A DNA stretch of 63,897 nucleotides, the filler included, from Aduncisulcus paluster (lineage: Eukaryota): assembly GCA_024181965.1 (NCBI GenBank). It is 13 parts of 13 records of this genome, joined end to end, with 100 filler letters (N's around TTAATTAATTAA, not from the genome) between each part and the next. Parts side by side here need not be neighbours in the genome. Positions count along the whole stretch, not along the records: positions 1 to 1,464 come from BQXS01000131.1; positions 1,565 to 3,566 come from BQXS01000132.1; positions 3,667 to 7,290 come from BQXS01000133.1; positions 7,391 to 9,315 come from BQXS01000134.1; positions 9,416 to 11,340 come from BQXS01000135.1; positions 11,441 to 36,115 come from BQXS01000136.1; 7 more parts are not named here. The stretch is one strand, 5' to 3'. The translations under genes were made by a program, and so were the position numbers. Below are positions 1 through 12,536 of this stretch, in pieces (position 1 is the stretch's first letter; every line of letters begins with the position of its first letter). The notes under the pieces were generated by a model. It was given only the letters and a program-made list of their open reading frames with translations. It did no database searches and was not told where the DNA came from.

Positions 1-1018
1 CCGGACACATTAGCCGAAATCGACCGTCCCTATGTCGGCAAAACTGACGCCTGGCGCCGATTGAACGAGAGTTCTGTCCATTTTATCCACCCGTCAAGAG
101 AGGACAGCCATCCGAATCACTGTCATTAAGAAGCTGAATTGCCGTCGTGAAGACATTCCTGGGTATGTCAAACTCATTCGTTTGGGCCGTCCATGCTTCA
201 TTGAGCTGAAAGCCTTCTCGTTTGTCGGTGGAACAAGACATCACCATGACTTCTTTCTTTCTTCTCTCTTGCTAACGTTCCCTCCAGCCAGACCAGTGTG
301 TTGAGTATACAAAGTGGCTTGAGGCTGCCCTTGAAGGTGATTACAGTGTTGTCAGTGTCCACCACGAGAGCAAGGCTGTGCTTATGGTGCGCAGAGATCT
401 GTTTGTTGGTGGGAAATGGGTATCTTGGTTCGAAATGTGAATCGTCTGTCAGACTTTTTAGAAATAGAAAATTTACTTCAATATTCCACCATTCAACACT
501 TTGATTGATCGAGAACGAGAGTGAATGAAAAAGAGGAATAATTATGTTTTTTTTTTTTTTTTTTTTTTTTTCAAAATACTGTGAGAGATTGGCAGTAGGA
601 AATCCGAAAGGAAACATTATTCAAATAAAAATCTAGATTCGAAGCGATTTTCACGAAACATCACGTTAGTTTTAAACAAAAGAAGTACAGTTTAGCATTA
701 TGCTAAAAAAAAAAACCTGATTCGAAGAAAAACAGGAAACAGCAATAAACAAAGGATGTAAAAAAATAAAGAATATAAATATTAATTATAAGTTATAATA
801 TAACATTGTTAATATTTGAAGAATGTATAATCGCCAGAAACATTGTCGTTCTTTTTTATATAAATTGTAATTCTTGTTATTGTCCAGAGCCACATTAAGA
901 CAAGAGAAAGCGAGCAAAAGTATAATATAATTAAGAATAAATTGTAAACCATCATTCAATAAAATAAAATAAAATAAAATAAATAAATATATATATAAAA
1001 TTAAAGGTAAAGGTTTGA

Positions 1019-1464
1019 TTATTTACAATTATTTGAATATCTTGCATAATCAACACTCAATCCCCCATTTTGTTTGCACCATTCCATTGCTTCATCAAAT
1101 AATGGAGATATTTGAGGAACAATCGATGGAACAAAGGATAACATCGAAATGAGTCGAGACCAATAAATTACACCCCATTCATGCTCTTCAAACTTGACAA
1201 CTTCAAACCAATCACTGAGAAGCGATTTAATATTATCATAAATCTCAACAGCATGTGATGGATCACAGCATAAATTAGCAAAGAATAATAAAACTCGTTC
1301 ATTTTCATAATCATCATCAACAATCTTATCCCCAACAAACTCTTTCTTAACAACATCAAGAACAGGGTGGAATAAATCCCAAGCATCGGCACAAATCGCT
1401 TCATCGGGAGTTTCGTTATCATTTGAGAGCGTCACTGTCGAAAGAATAAACATACATTCACTAT
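1019..1464 (-). CDS. Hypothetical helical protein, C-terminal fragment (5' end beyond contig)
   Basis: Protein-like ORF (LLFFANLCCDPSHAVEIYDNIK...DEAMEWCKQNGG) starting near the contig edge, stop at 1019-1021, then AT-rich 3' flank. Confidence 0.6.
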
Positions 1465-1564
1465 NNNNNNNNNNNNNNNNNNNNNNNNNNNNNNNNNNNN
1501 NNNNNNNNTTAATTAATTAANNNNNNNNNNNNNNNNNNNNNNNNNNNNNNNNNNNNNNNNNNNN
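1465..1564. other. Artificial contig linker (N44-TTAATTAATTAA-N44); same linker at 3567-3666, 7291-7390, 9316-9415, 11341-11440, 36116-36215, 48582-48681, 52314-52413, 53987-54086, 58634-58733, 60708-60807, 62674-62773
   Basis: Identical 100-nt spacer carrying six-frame stop codons occurs 12 times; sequences on either side are unrelated. Confidence 0.98.
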
Positions 1565-2021
1565 GCAGTAAAATTTTCTTACCTCGTTCGTATGCTGTTG
1601 AACGAGATATTAAAAATGGTTTTCCAACAGCCTGAATGGCTCCAGTTGATTCTTCATCAAATAAGTCGCTGATATGATTTAATGACATAGAATACTTTAA
1701 CATTTTCCCAACAATAATCTCTTCAGCATGTCTCCGTTTACCTTGAAATGAATGTAAACTTAATTGATGCTTGAATAAGTGAAAATGCTTAACTGATGAG
1801 ATATGTGATGCAACTGAGCGAAAATTATAAAACAAAGGGTTAGATTTACAAATTTTACAAATTATTTTTCTATTTTGATCAATAATAAATGAATTTTTGA
1901 TATGATTATGGATTTGCTGAATTGAGGGAGTTGGGTGAAGATCCTGAAGAGTTTTCACGATCGTTTCTTTCTTCCATGTCTGCCCCATAACTCCTAAAAT
2001 AAACTCATTTGGTAATTCCAT
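1565..2021 (-). CDS. C2H2/BED-like zinc-finger protein N-terminus, probably a DNA transposase (3' end beyond contig)
   Basis: CKIC...SHISSVKH zinc-finger pattern followed by a helical region ending ISRSTAY, typical of hAT-like transposase N-termini; catalytic domain not present. Confidence 0.45.
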
Positions 2022-2281
2022 AACCAATAAATAGTATATTTATTTGATAAAACTTAAATTATATTCTCCTATTTGTCATTTTCAAATGATGATCTTAGTA
2101 GGTCATCTTTGTTGATTCGTAGAAATAAAGCTAGTATTTATTATATCCATATAAAGATTTATATAATTATGATAATAATTATTTATTTTAAAGGGGTCAA
2201 AAATCTTTGGACACTCTGGGAATATAGACTGCAGGGAGTTTATGGTTTAAACTCCCGAAACAATCATCTGAACAAATAAAT

Positions 2282-2776
2282 TTGGCCGCATTAAAGTTTA
2301 AAAGATTTTATTTCTGCCCCTCTAGAGTATTTTATCATGGCATTGAGACCGGTGAACTTGCAGTGAAAGCTATGTTCTCTGAACACAAACCTGGACTGTC
2401 TCGAGAAGAAAGGCAGAGACAACTCAACATAAGTGCAGATAGAATGATTGTACGGCTGGAGCAGTATGAGAATTCCGAGTGTCGGCTACAAACGACATCT
2501 CATAATCCAAGCCGCCAATCAACCTTTCAAAGGTGAGAGTTGAAAGACCCTCCTTACTTCATCAATATGATATTTTCTCAAGGTCAACTGGAGTTAGATA
2601 AGCGAAAGATATTTGTTCGCTGTGACCATTGCCGCCTCTCACGAGGGCATAAGCAATGTCGAAAATGGAGAAAACATTGGAAAGCTTCTGACTTTTACTG
2701 CTCATTTATTCGATTTGCCGAGTCACCGCTCCTCCGTATTCACACCCCAAAGAAACAATATCATCTTGCTATATAT
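2282..2776 (+). pseudogene. Degraded coding remnant
   Basis: ORFs 2282-2536 and 2540-2782 are in the same frame, separated by one TGA; truncated by the LTR at 2777. Confidence 0.3.
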
Positions 2777-2858
2777 TGTTAATTTAAAATAAAATTCTTT
2801 AGGGCTAGCAAGTTTATTAAATAATTGATTCGAGATCAATCCTATCAATACTACATCG
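2777..2858 (-). mobile_element. 3' mini-LTR (82 bp) of a chromovirus, preceded by polypurine tract GAGGGAG (2859-2865)
   Basis: Minus strand reads CGATGTA...AATAAACTTGCTAGCCC...TTAACA; lies downstream of the integrase-chromodomain ORF; shares motifs with LTRs at 19410, 58101, 60003 and 61490. Confidence 0.65.
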
Positions 2859-3033
2859 CTCCCTCGATTCTGACGCTCATTATTTCCGGCAGAATCGACC
2901 GACCAATAACAAAATATGAAAATCTTTGCATTTCTATAGAAACAGAATTATGGAGATTAAACTTTTATCAAAGGATTTTTTTTTTTTTTAGGAAAATGCA
3001 AGGAGATGAGGTTTTTGCTCTTTTCCGTAATGG

Positions 3034-3566
3034 TTACTTCTTCTTACTATCCAAAAACTCTTTGAAGGTCAAACTATGTTCAATTTCTGCTCTTTTTATA
3101 AACGTTGTCTTCGATTCTGGTGTTCCATACCAGTTAACTTCAAAAAGTTCATTTCTCCCACGACCTTTTTGTCTCAGAACTGTTTTTGGAATTCTTCTTC
3201 CCATGTCTTGGGCTAAGCTGTTCATAGCCTTGTCAATATCCACATCTTTACCCAAGATCTTTATGTCGTCGATGTGTGCATAACGCTTCGCTCCCAAAAG
3301 ACTCTGAACACAATACTCTACGTCAGATGTCTTTTCCAATACCTTGTATGGTCCTTCCCACGGAAATTGAAGCTTGAGTGGAGGTGGATATCTTTTTATC
3401 ATAACCAAAGTCTCTGATGCTACCACGGAAGTTTTTGCCGCTTTTGCCTGGACAACTTGATGTTTCTGGGCAGATTCAATTAAAGACTTGATATTTTCAG
3501 TTATCTGGCTGACATAGAGATCAGTATCCAAATGTTCTTTCGGAAGTTCCTCTTTGGATTGTAAAC
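3034..3566 (-). mobile_element. Ty3/gypsy (chromovirus) pol C-terminus: GPY domain plus chromodomain
   Basis: KLQFPWEGPYKVLEK (GPY/F motif), then chromodomain-like FEVNWYGTPESKTTF. Confidence 0.85.
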
Positions 3567-3668
3567 NNNNNNNNNNNNNNNNNNNNNNNNNNNNNNNNNN
3601 NNNNNNNNNNTTAATTAATTAANNNNNNNNNNNNNNNNNNNNNNNNNNNNNNNNNNNNNNNNNNNNAC

Positions 3669-6600
3669 CCTCATGCATATGGAGCTGTTGAACTCATTGG
3701 GCGTGGCTCCGGATGTGGTGCTCGGCCTGTTATTGATAGAATGATAAGAAATGCGTGTACGCAGCTTTGGAAAATGGGCATTGTGTTTTATGATAAGGCC
3801 AAAGAGACTCTGAGTCCAACAGAAATGGGTCGAATCAGTTCCCAATATTATCTCAGTCCTGAGACTGTCAATCTGTTTGTTGAGGAATTGACTGCTGGAG
3901 TGGTCGATGGGAGAGGAATTGATCCCACTGAACCTGTGGTGACCTATGCTCAAATACTCAAGCTCGTATGTTCGTCCACTGAGTTCCAGCAACTCAATGC
4001 GAGGAAAGATGAGTTGTTCGAACTCGAATGCATGATGATTGGCAAGCAATTGGCCCATGCTAATCGACAAGTTGACATGATCGACTCTGTAAGCATCGCA
4101 AAAGGGAGTGGAAATGTATCACAGAACAAGAAACTCCAGAGTGACATTAAGAAGTTAAGCAAACGAGGTGGTATCCAGGGTGTCTTTCGGAAAGGTAAGG
4201 ATTCCAAACAGGCAAGTGTTATTGAGATCTCTCCTGTCTATGGAGGCTCTGAATCAACACATGGGAAAGTCAATATTCTACTTCAAAACTACATTGCTCG
4301 TAAATCCTGTCGCAAATCTTCCCTAATCACTGATAGTAATTATATTGCTCAGAATGCCCCCAGAATTCTGCGTGCTCTGTTGGAAATCTGCCTTGCTAAT
4401 CATTGGCCTAACATTAGCATTATGTGTCATTCGTTGTGTGTCTCTGTAGAGTGCCAGAGATGGTGGTTTGATACTCCTTTGTGGCCTCTATTGAAACACT
4501 GTGGTCTCAAGGCTGAGAGTTTGATTAATATAAGCAAGAAAACATTTTCATTCCCTTCTTATGGAGACATTGAAGAGATTGAGCATGAGTCTATCGGTGA
4601 CATTGCTATTCTTTTCTCTATCTCCCGTGATCAAGCCTCTGCCGTTAAAAAGGTATGTAAACGAGTTCCAAGAGTCGATATTAATACTCACGTTCATCCC
4701 ATTACTGATACTGTCCTGAATATGAGTGTCTTGGTTCGTTTCAGAGATGTGTTCGAGTGTGTGAAGGATCTCCATGGAAGGAGTATGGGGTTTTGGGTCT
4801 TGGTTGAGAGTCCGGAGGCTAATTTGATTCTGTTTTCACGCCGCATTGATCTAAAAACCTCTGGAAAGCTGCGTCGTGATGGAACAATGCTATCGATTCC
4901 AATATGTACCCGTTCGTTGTCTGCACGACTTTCTGGTAGAAATCCATCCATTTTCTTTGTTCATGTTCTCTCTGATGACTGGCCTGGATCCGTGGGCTGT
5001 GTTGCAGAGGTCGATCTCTCTCATTGCTTACCACAAGATGCCACCCGTGAAATCCCTACACTGACCCGTTTCCTTACTCTCCATCCTCTATCAGTGCGAG
5101 CCACGAACAATGCTAGAATAGAAAAATATTTCCCATTTAGGTTTTTCAACCCCATTCAAACGCATTATTTCCACCGAGTGTTTTATTCGGACGAAAATAC
5201 AATTATTGGAGCTCCAACTGGCAGTGGGAAGACAACCGCCGCTGAATTGGCTATTTTTAGAACTCATACTGATCCTAATCTATTCAGAGCCGGTGTCGTT
5301 GAAGGTGTCAAAATATGGATGGAGGAACAGGCTGTGGGGAAGATGATTGATAAGAAACTCATTAAATCTGAAAAGAAGAAAGAAGAAGGAGAGAAGGATT
5401 CCCTGGATCTTACACAACTCTCATCATCGGTTCTGCCAATCTTCTGCTCTGACTCTGGCGTAGTCGTCTATGTTNNNNNNNNNNNNNNNNNNNNCAGAGC
5501 CGGTGTCGTTGAAGGTGTCAAAATATGGATGGAGGAACAGGCTGTGGGGAAGATGATTGATAAGAAACTCATTAAATCTGAAAAGAAGAAAGAAGAAGGA
5601 GAGAAGGATTCCCTGGATCTTACACAACTCTCATCATCGGTTCTGCCAATCTTCTGCTCTGACTCTGGCGTAGTCGTCTATGTTGCACCTCTCAAAGCTT
5701 TGGTCCGAGAGACAGTGCGTGAATGGGTTACACTCTCAGAGGTCATTGGGAAAGATGTTGTGGAATTGAGTGGAGATGTGACTCCTGACATGCGAAATGT
5801 GGCAAAAGCTGGGATTATCGTGACGACTCCTGAGAAATTTGATGGTTTGATGAGATTCTGGAGACATAGGGAGTTAATGCAACGTGTGTCTTGTGTTGTT
5901 TTCGATGAGATTCATCTTTTGGACTATGAAAGAGGCCCAGTCATTGAAAGTATGGTCGTAAAGCTCCATCAGATGAATGCGTGGAAAGAAGAGAAGAGGA
6001 AAGAGCACTGGGAATTATTCCATCAAAAACTTAAAGAACCATCTGCTATAGTCCATGATTCTCCAGCTGCGTCTCTTCATCATGCCGTGAGAAAACATTT
6101 ATTTATATCGGAAAACCCTCTATTTTATCCCCTCAAATGCCGTAATACTCGAATCCTTGCTCTCACAACCGCTATTGCCAATGCTCAAGAGTTGGCCAAA
6201 TGGTTGCATGTGTCTGAGAGGGGTTTGTTCAATTTCCATCCCTTTTTGAGACCTGTTCAACTTGAAAAACACATTCAGGGGTTCCCTGGACGTGCCTATT
6301 GTCCTAGAATGGGAAGTATGAACAAATCTGTGTACCAAGCCTTGAAAAAATATGCCCCTCGCACGAACAGACCAACTATTATCTTTGTGACCAGTAGGAG
6401 ACAGACTCGGTTGACTGGACAAGCTCTTGCTGCATATGCTGCCACCGATGAAGCTCCTATCTACCCCATTACTCGGCCTGATGGATCTGTGTTCTCTCCG
6501 TCCATTCGCCGTACGCCTGATCCTTCCCTTTTAGCTGAGATGGATAACATTTCTGATGAAGACTGTAAGAATCTTCTTCCATATGGTATATTGCTCCATC

Positions 6601-7290
6601 ATGCCGCTATGAGTGACAGCGACAGAAGGACAGTTGAAAGACTGTTCTTGCTCAGAAAGTGTAGTGTGATGGTGGCAACTTCAACTCTAGCATGGGGTGT
6701 TAATCTGCCTGCTTACTGTGTCATTGTGAAGGGATGTGTCTATTTTGATGGTCCAAAGGGATCGTATGTCGATATGAAAGTAACTGAGATCATGCAGGCA
6801 GTCGGAAGAGCTGGGAGACCTCAGTTTGTTGAAGAAGAGAAGAGAATGGGGTTACCATCTGCTCAAAAAGACCCTGAAGCCGTGGCAATCGTCATGTGCA
6901 AGAGTGATATGAAAGATTTTTATAAAACATTCTTAAATGAACCATTCCCTGTGGAGTCTTCATTCCACACAAAGATCCCTGAACACATCATCAGTGAGAT
7001 CAGTGTTGGGGCTATCAAAACACTGTTTGACGTGGTGTCATGGCTTAAGAACACTTTTTATTACCTTCGGATGTGCAGTCAACCGTCGAGATATGGCCTT
7101 TATGCTGATGCAACAGAGGGAGAGAAAGAGGTCTGGTTGTGTGGAGTAGCTGCTACTGCTATCCTCGAGCTTGTCCATTGTGGATGCATTGATTTGAGCT
7201 GTGATACCGATAAGTCGGCCCTTGTTGAGCTTGCAAGGCCGATTGTAAGTGTATGCGAAAGTGATGGAGTGTGGCCTGGGTTTTTCTCCA
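3669..7290 (+). CDS. ASCC3: ASCC3/Slh1-type Ski2-like helicase (Sec63 domain + second helicase cassette), partial at both ends, interrupted by gap artefact
   Basis: GAPTGSGKT, YVAPLKAL, TTPEKFD, DEIH, ATSTLAWGVNLPA, QAVGRAGRPQF; IQGFPGRAYCPRMGSMNK is characteristic of ASCC3 rather than Brr2. Confidence 0.88.
5475..5494. other. N20 scaffold gap with duplicated flanks (overlap artefact); also 13350-13369, 21351-21370, 30747-30766, 37601-37620, 55607-55626
   Basis: In each case ~190-325 nt before the gap are repeated right after it (e.g. ~13050-13349 = ~13370-13669), with at most a single-base difference seen. Confidence 0.93.
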
Positions 7291-7390
7291 NNNNNNNNNN
7301 NNNNNNNNNNNNNNNNNNNNNNNNNNNNNNNNNNTTAATTAATTAANNNNNNNNNNNNNNNNNNNNNNNNNNNNNNNNNNNNNNNNNNNN

Positions 7391-9314
7391 GCTCGTCTTT
7401 GCTATATTGCCGAAGTGAACTGAACTTGGGTTTCTTTTTAATCAAATCAGCTCCATGATACTTAAATTTGGGTTGTATTTTGATCTTCTTCTTACGTCTC
7501 TTCTTCTTCTTTTTCATTGGGAACCCACTATTGATTACTAACGTAGCTCCATCAACATTATTATTCCCACTCCCACTGCCCGACTCCTCAGTATAACTTC
7601 CACTCTCTGTCTCACTGTCAGATCTCTTCTTATCTCCATCAACAATCATAGTCCGTGTGATACCATCCCCTTCATTCTCTCCTTCTTTCTCTTCTCTCCG
7701 ACCGTGTCTTCTCTGGATATTTCCTCTTTCCATCATATCTCTTCTCATTCTTTTATCACTTCGTCTTGCATCATCTTCTTCAGCTTCTTCCAACACTTCT
7801 TTGACTTCACCGAGTCTGATCTTTCCATTGGACATCATAAGACCATTCTTTGTAGCTTCAAGGAGTTCACGAACAGTTGAAGAGGACCTTCCAATAAGAG
7901 CAGCATCTTCCTCCTTTTCATCTTGCATTCCCTCGGCCCTATCAACATCATCTATAGGAGTCGAAATGCCAGGTGAAGAGTGACTTGCAGTGTTTGTTGC
8001 ATGACTGTTAGACGTTGTACCTCCACTATCAGGCTCAAATACCCCATGAAGACTGCCACTGTTGGTGGATGGGAGAGTGGTAGAACGCGAAGAAGGTGGT
8101 TGACCCAATGTTCCAGTGGAAGAAGTCCCCAAAGCAGAGAAACCATGTCCAATAGGTCCAGTGTATGATTGTTGATGCTTAGAATCTCCATCAGTTTGTC
8201 CATGTTTGAACATAACATTTGCATTGTCATTATTGGTACCATTGTGAAAGGCTGATGATGAAGGACCGAGTGGAAGATGTACATATTCCATTTCATCTCC
8301 ATCAGAAGAGATAAAATCCTCTCGTTGATCAGAAGAACCGTCACCGTCACTGATCTCAGAGGAACCATCGGTGGATGTCAACAGAACAAGAGCAGAATCG
8401 TCAACAACATAGTAAGTCGACCCTCGTTTTGGGATGGGAATACCACTGGAATCCTTGGATTTTGAGGTAGAACCTTCGATATCCTTGTCAGCTGAATCGT
8501 AACCACTGCCCTCCACTGCTCCTTGAGCAGCTACTGTCGGAGTTATAGCGACACCGCCAACACAGCCCAAGACATCAGCATAACTTCCATTAATCCACTG
8601 CCCATGATCTTCATACAGAACACACTCTTCTTGAGTCTTAAGATTCCGCATGTTAATGAAATCTTGTTCTTGTGTCTTCTTCTTCCGCTTACGTCTTTTC
8701 TTTGAGTATGGTGGTTCAACTGGACTACTTCCAATATCAATTCCAGCGTGACTCATCAGTGGTTTGAGTGATGCAGGAATACCAGTTGAAACCAAATATG
8801 GGTCTTTGTGCGCTTGAATAGTCGATGGATGGAGTCGACCATGAACAGCTCTCGTATCAGCACCACCAGCACCAAACCCAATGCCAATGCTAGCGTGACT
8901 ACTCTGAGTCTTAGACATTGAAGCATGGTCAGACAAGAAACGAGAGTTTTTAGGAATCGATGTTGTTGGAACAGTGTCAACAGCTGATTGACCAACGGCG
9001 TGTGATCCATCATAACCCATGTCTCCTTCAATACTCTTCCCCTTGGCCCTTGTCATGGGCATCCCAACAGCACCCGTTCCATGTTCCTTACGTTGTTGTT
9101 GGTTCGCAAGGGAGACATGATCAGACGTGAGTAGAGAAGAATCAGTAATAGAAGTTGGCAAGGGCAATTGCTTGACTTGTGCTTGTCCACCAGCAGTTCT
9201 GACAGGTAGTCGATTAGCTGGATGTCGTTGAAGGTGAATAATCTTTTCATCTCCTCCTTCTTGGAATTCCTCTTCTTCACTCGATCCTTCTTCTTCTTCT
9301 TCTTCTTCTTCATA
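7391..9314 (-). CDS. Hypothetical low-complexity (S/G/E/K-rich) protein, internal fragment
   Basis: One frame is open across the whole contig; acidic tracts and basic NLS-like runs; no recognisable domain. Confidence 0.7.
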
Positions 9315-9440
9315 TNNNNNNNNNNNNNNNNNNNNNNNNNNNNNNNNNNNNNNNNNNNNTTAATTAATTAANNNNNNNNNNNNNNNNNNNNNNNNNNNNN
9401 NNNNNNNNNNNNNNNCAATCTACCGCAATTTTTCTCGCTT

Positions 9441-11340
9441 ATGAGCAAACAAGAGATTAATATTGTTGATCTTGTGGTTAATTTTGAGAAGATTGTCTCC
9501 AATATTGTTCTGAAGGAAGTCAATGACGATTCTTTGTCTCTCCTGCTGTATCTATGGATAGAAAAGATGATTAGATACAAAAGATCTGATTCATATCGAT
9601 TATATGTTATATTTACCAAAGTTTCAAAAAAATTTAGAGATGACGATTATATAATACTCGATGAAGCCATTAAGAAGCGTAAAACAACTATTTTGAAGTC
9701 AGTACCTGCTCGATCTGTTTCTCTTGTTAAATATTTCATTGAAAACCACAACATATTTGAACTTTTCAAGTATTGTAAGCACGTTAAGGGATATACCGAT
9801 GATTCTCTCTATAGCAATGCTTCTATGTTATCTTTCACGGAAGAAATTTGTAAAATGCTTGATAAAATTACTGTTAGTTTTGATAATTGGGATGTTACAG
9901 CTAAGATAAAACCTTGTTCGATTCCAGGTTTTCCATCTGGTTATGTTTCCAAGCTTGATAAATATATTTCCAAATCTGATGCTGAAGTTGAGGAAGAAGA
10001 GATCATAGATGACACCTCTAAAACCCAATTTAAAGATAATGATGTGCCAGCTTCAAGTCTCAATCCTACCCCAACCATTCCTGGTACACCCCTCTCAATG
10101 ACACCTTCTGCATCCCAAGGAGACCTTGGACAGACTCCGGGTACATTCGCACTCACTCCTGGAGTATATACGACTACAACATCTTCAAGCTCTTCTATTC
10201 ATCATCGAGATGCGCCTCCTTCTCCTTCTTCTCACGCTTCTCAAAGTCAAACTTTTTCTCATCAATCTTCAACTAGTAGTATCTCGACAGCTTCAAATGT
10301 TTCCACAACCATCGATGATTCAGAAATCGAATCTCAACCTCAACTCCTCGATTCTAAGTCCACACCTGCTCTTGCATCGATTGAAAAGACCTCTGTAGCT
10401 CCTGTAACCTCTGTAGATCTTGATAACTCTCTTGATAAAGGAAAAGAGACCCTTGGAGATGTAAAAGATGTGTTCAAAAAGGTGGAAGCACCCCATGAAG
10501 CACCCCATGAAGAGCAGAAAGAGCAGAAAGAGCACCAAAAAGATATAGAAAAACCAGCACTTAAAGAGCATCCAATTATTACCGAATCTAAGCGTATATA
10601 TGATTGTTACGATGATGAAAATATCACATTAATGCTCGAGAGAGATATGAATGGAACTCTTACGATCGATAAGGGTATCCCTGAAGAAAGTATGATTACA
10701 GGTTCATCGGTTGTTATAGAGATTAATGGACCTTTTCGAACACTCATGACATGCTTATCTCCTATTCATAAGGAAGAAGAAGAGAAAGGAGAAGAAGAAG
10801 AGAAAGAAGAAGAAGAGGAAGAAGGGATATTTAGGATTGTGAGAGTCAATATTAATTCAGGAGCTATGGATGTTAGTTATCTCTGGAGAGCAAAGGAAGA
10901 GAGGAAGAGGAAAAGGAGAGAGGAAAGAGAGAGAAGGAAAAAATCAAAAGAAGCTGAGCGTCTGAAGCGTGAGGAAGAAGAACGTCTGAAGCGTGAAGAA
11001 GAAGAAGCCGAACGCAAGAGAATTGAAGAAGCTGAGCGTCTGAAGCGTGAGGAAGAAGAACGTCTGGAACGTCTGAAGCGTGAAGAAGAAGAAGCCGAAC
11101 GCAAGAGAATTGAAGAAGCTGAGCGTCTGAAGCGTGAGGAAGAAGAACGTCTGGAACGTCTGAAGCGTGAAGAAGAAGAAGCCGAACGCAAGAGAATTGA
11201 AGAAGCTGAGCGTCTGAAGCGTGAGGAAGAAGAACGTCTGAAGCGTGAAGAAGAAGAAGCCGAACGCAAGAGAATTGAAGAAGCTGAGCGTCTGAAGCGT
11301 GAGGAAGAAGAACGTCTGAAGCGTGAAGAAGAAGAAGCCG
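9441..11340 (+). CDS. Hypothetical protein with S/T/P-rich linker and E/R/K single-alpha-helix repeat, 3' truncated
   Basis: ~630-codon ORF running into the linker; ends in EAERLKREEEE repeats. Confidence 0.8.
10950..11340 (+). repeat. Coding minisatellite, 78/87-bp units (EAERLKREEEERL[ERL]KREEEEAERKRIE)
   Basis: Unit starts at 10950, 11028, 11115, 11202, 11280; near-identical DNA. Confidence 0.95.
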
Positions 11341-11441
11341 NNNNNNNNNNNNNNNNNNNNNNNNNNNNNNNNNNNNNNNNNNNNTTAATTAATTAANNNN
11401 NNNNNNNNNNNNNNNNNNNNNNNNNNNNNNNNNNNNNNNNC

Positions 11442-12134
11442 ACCAACCTTAACAGGCTTATCGCTCAGTGTGTTTCCTCCATCACTGCTTCCCTCAGATT
11501 CGATGGTGCTTTGAACGTTGATCTTACTGAGTTCCAGACCAACTTGGTTCCCTACCCTCGTATCCACTTCCCTCTCTGCTCTTACGCTCCTATCATCTCT
11601 GCTGAGAAGGCCTACCACGAGCAACTCTCTGTTGCCGAGCTCACCAACTCTGTTTTCGAGCCCGCTAACATGATGGTTAAGTGTGATCCCCGTCACGGTA
11701 AGTACATGGCTTGTGTTCTTATGTTCCGTGGTGATGTCGTTCCTAAGGATGTTAACACCGCCGTTGCCACCATCAAGACCAAGCGTACCATCCAATTCGT
11801 TGACTGGTGTCCTACTGGTTTCAAGATTGGTATCAACTACCAACCCCCTGCCGTTGTCCCCGGAGGTGACCTTGCCAAGGTTCAGAGAAGCTGTCTTATG
11901 ATCAGCAACACCACCGCCATCGCCGAGGTTTGGTCTCGTATGGACCACAAGTTCGATCTTATGTACCAGAAGCGTGCCTTCGTTCACCACTACGTTGGAG
12001 AAGGTATGGAAGAAGGTGAGTTCTCTGAGGCTCGTGAAGATCTTGCTGCCCTTGAGAAGGATTACGAGGAGATCGGTGCCGACAGTCCTATTGAAGAGGG
12101 TGAAGATGAGGGTATGGCCGACGAGGGATTCTAA
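11442..12134 (+). CDS. TUBA: Alpha-tubulin, C-terminal half
   Basis: TNLNRLIAQ...[19 protein letters not shown]...[25 protein letters not shown]; strong C/T-ending codon bias. Confidence 0.98.
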   Translation, partial: TNLNRLIAQCVSSITASLRFDGALNVDLTEFQTNLVPYPRIHFPLCSYAPIISAEKAYHEQLSVAELTNSVFEPANMMVKCDPRHGKYMACVLMFRGDVVPKDVNTAVATIKTKRTIQFVDWCPTGFKIGINYQPPAVVPGGDLAKVQRSCLMISNTTAIAEVWSRMDHKFDLMYQKRAFVHHYVGEGMEEGEFSEAREDLAALEKDYEEIGADSPIEEGEDEGMADEGF

Positions 12135-12536
12135 GCCCATTAATCTTATCCGTTAGCTCTATACAGTAAAGTAACAAATTGCTCGTGTTTTTGATTCATA
12201 TTTTTTTTATTTTTCCCAGTAAAAGGGTTTGAAAAAGCGAAACAATTCATGAATGACTGGATCAAACTAGAAATAATGTCCATTTCATTACCATAAGATA
12301 ATAAAACGACAAGACTTCGTCTAGCGCCATAAAAACGCAACGTTTCATCGCATAACCCCAAACACCTCCTCCTGCAGGAAGAGTCCAACGCAAACGCCAT
12401 CTGACATAGGGTTATGGTATCGATGGGGTTGATTAAGGGAGGCACCACTCAATAAGAATCTGAGAATGTGACATAGCGTTATATCAGGCGTAGATTATTA
12501 GATTTGTCAAGTGGAAGTAAAAATAATACAACATCT

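Noticed and set aside
163-287. Possible intron (GTATGT...GCTAAC...CAG) in the first contig
   Set aside because: Could not build a stop-free upstream exon in any frame; insufficient context
547-600. Poly(T) tract with a CTGCCAATCT word shared with ~26670, as a possible SINE tail
   Set aside because: Only a 10-nt match; no TSD or extended similarity seen
1509-1520. Recurrent TTAATTAATTAA palindrome and ORFs ending in ...LIN
   Set aside because: Artificial six-frame-stop linker between contigs
5286-5683. Apparent internal tandem duplications in ASCC3, MFS, GPI, the 30.4-31.1 kb fragment, the dynein-like ORF and the membrane protein
   Set aside because: All six centre on an N20 gap; unmerged scaffold overlaps, not biology
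11385-12140. Long antisense ORF over tubulin (and similar shadow ORFs over other genes and the rDNA)
   Set aside because: By-product of codon bias or low complexity on the real strand
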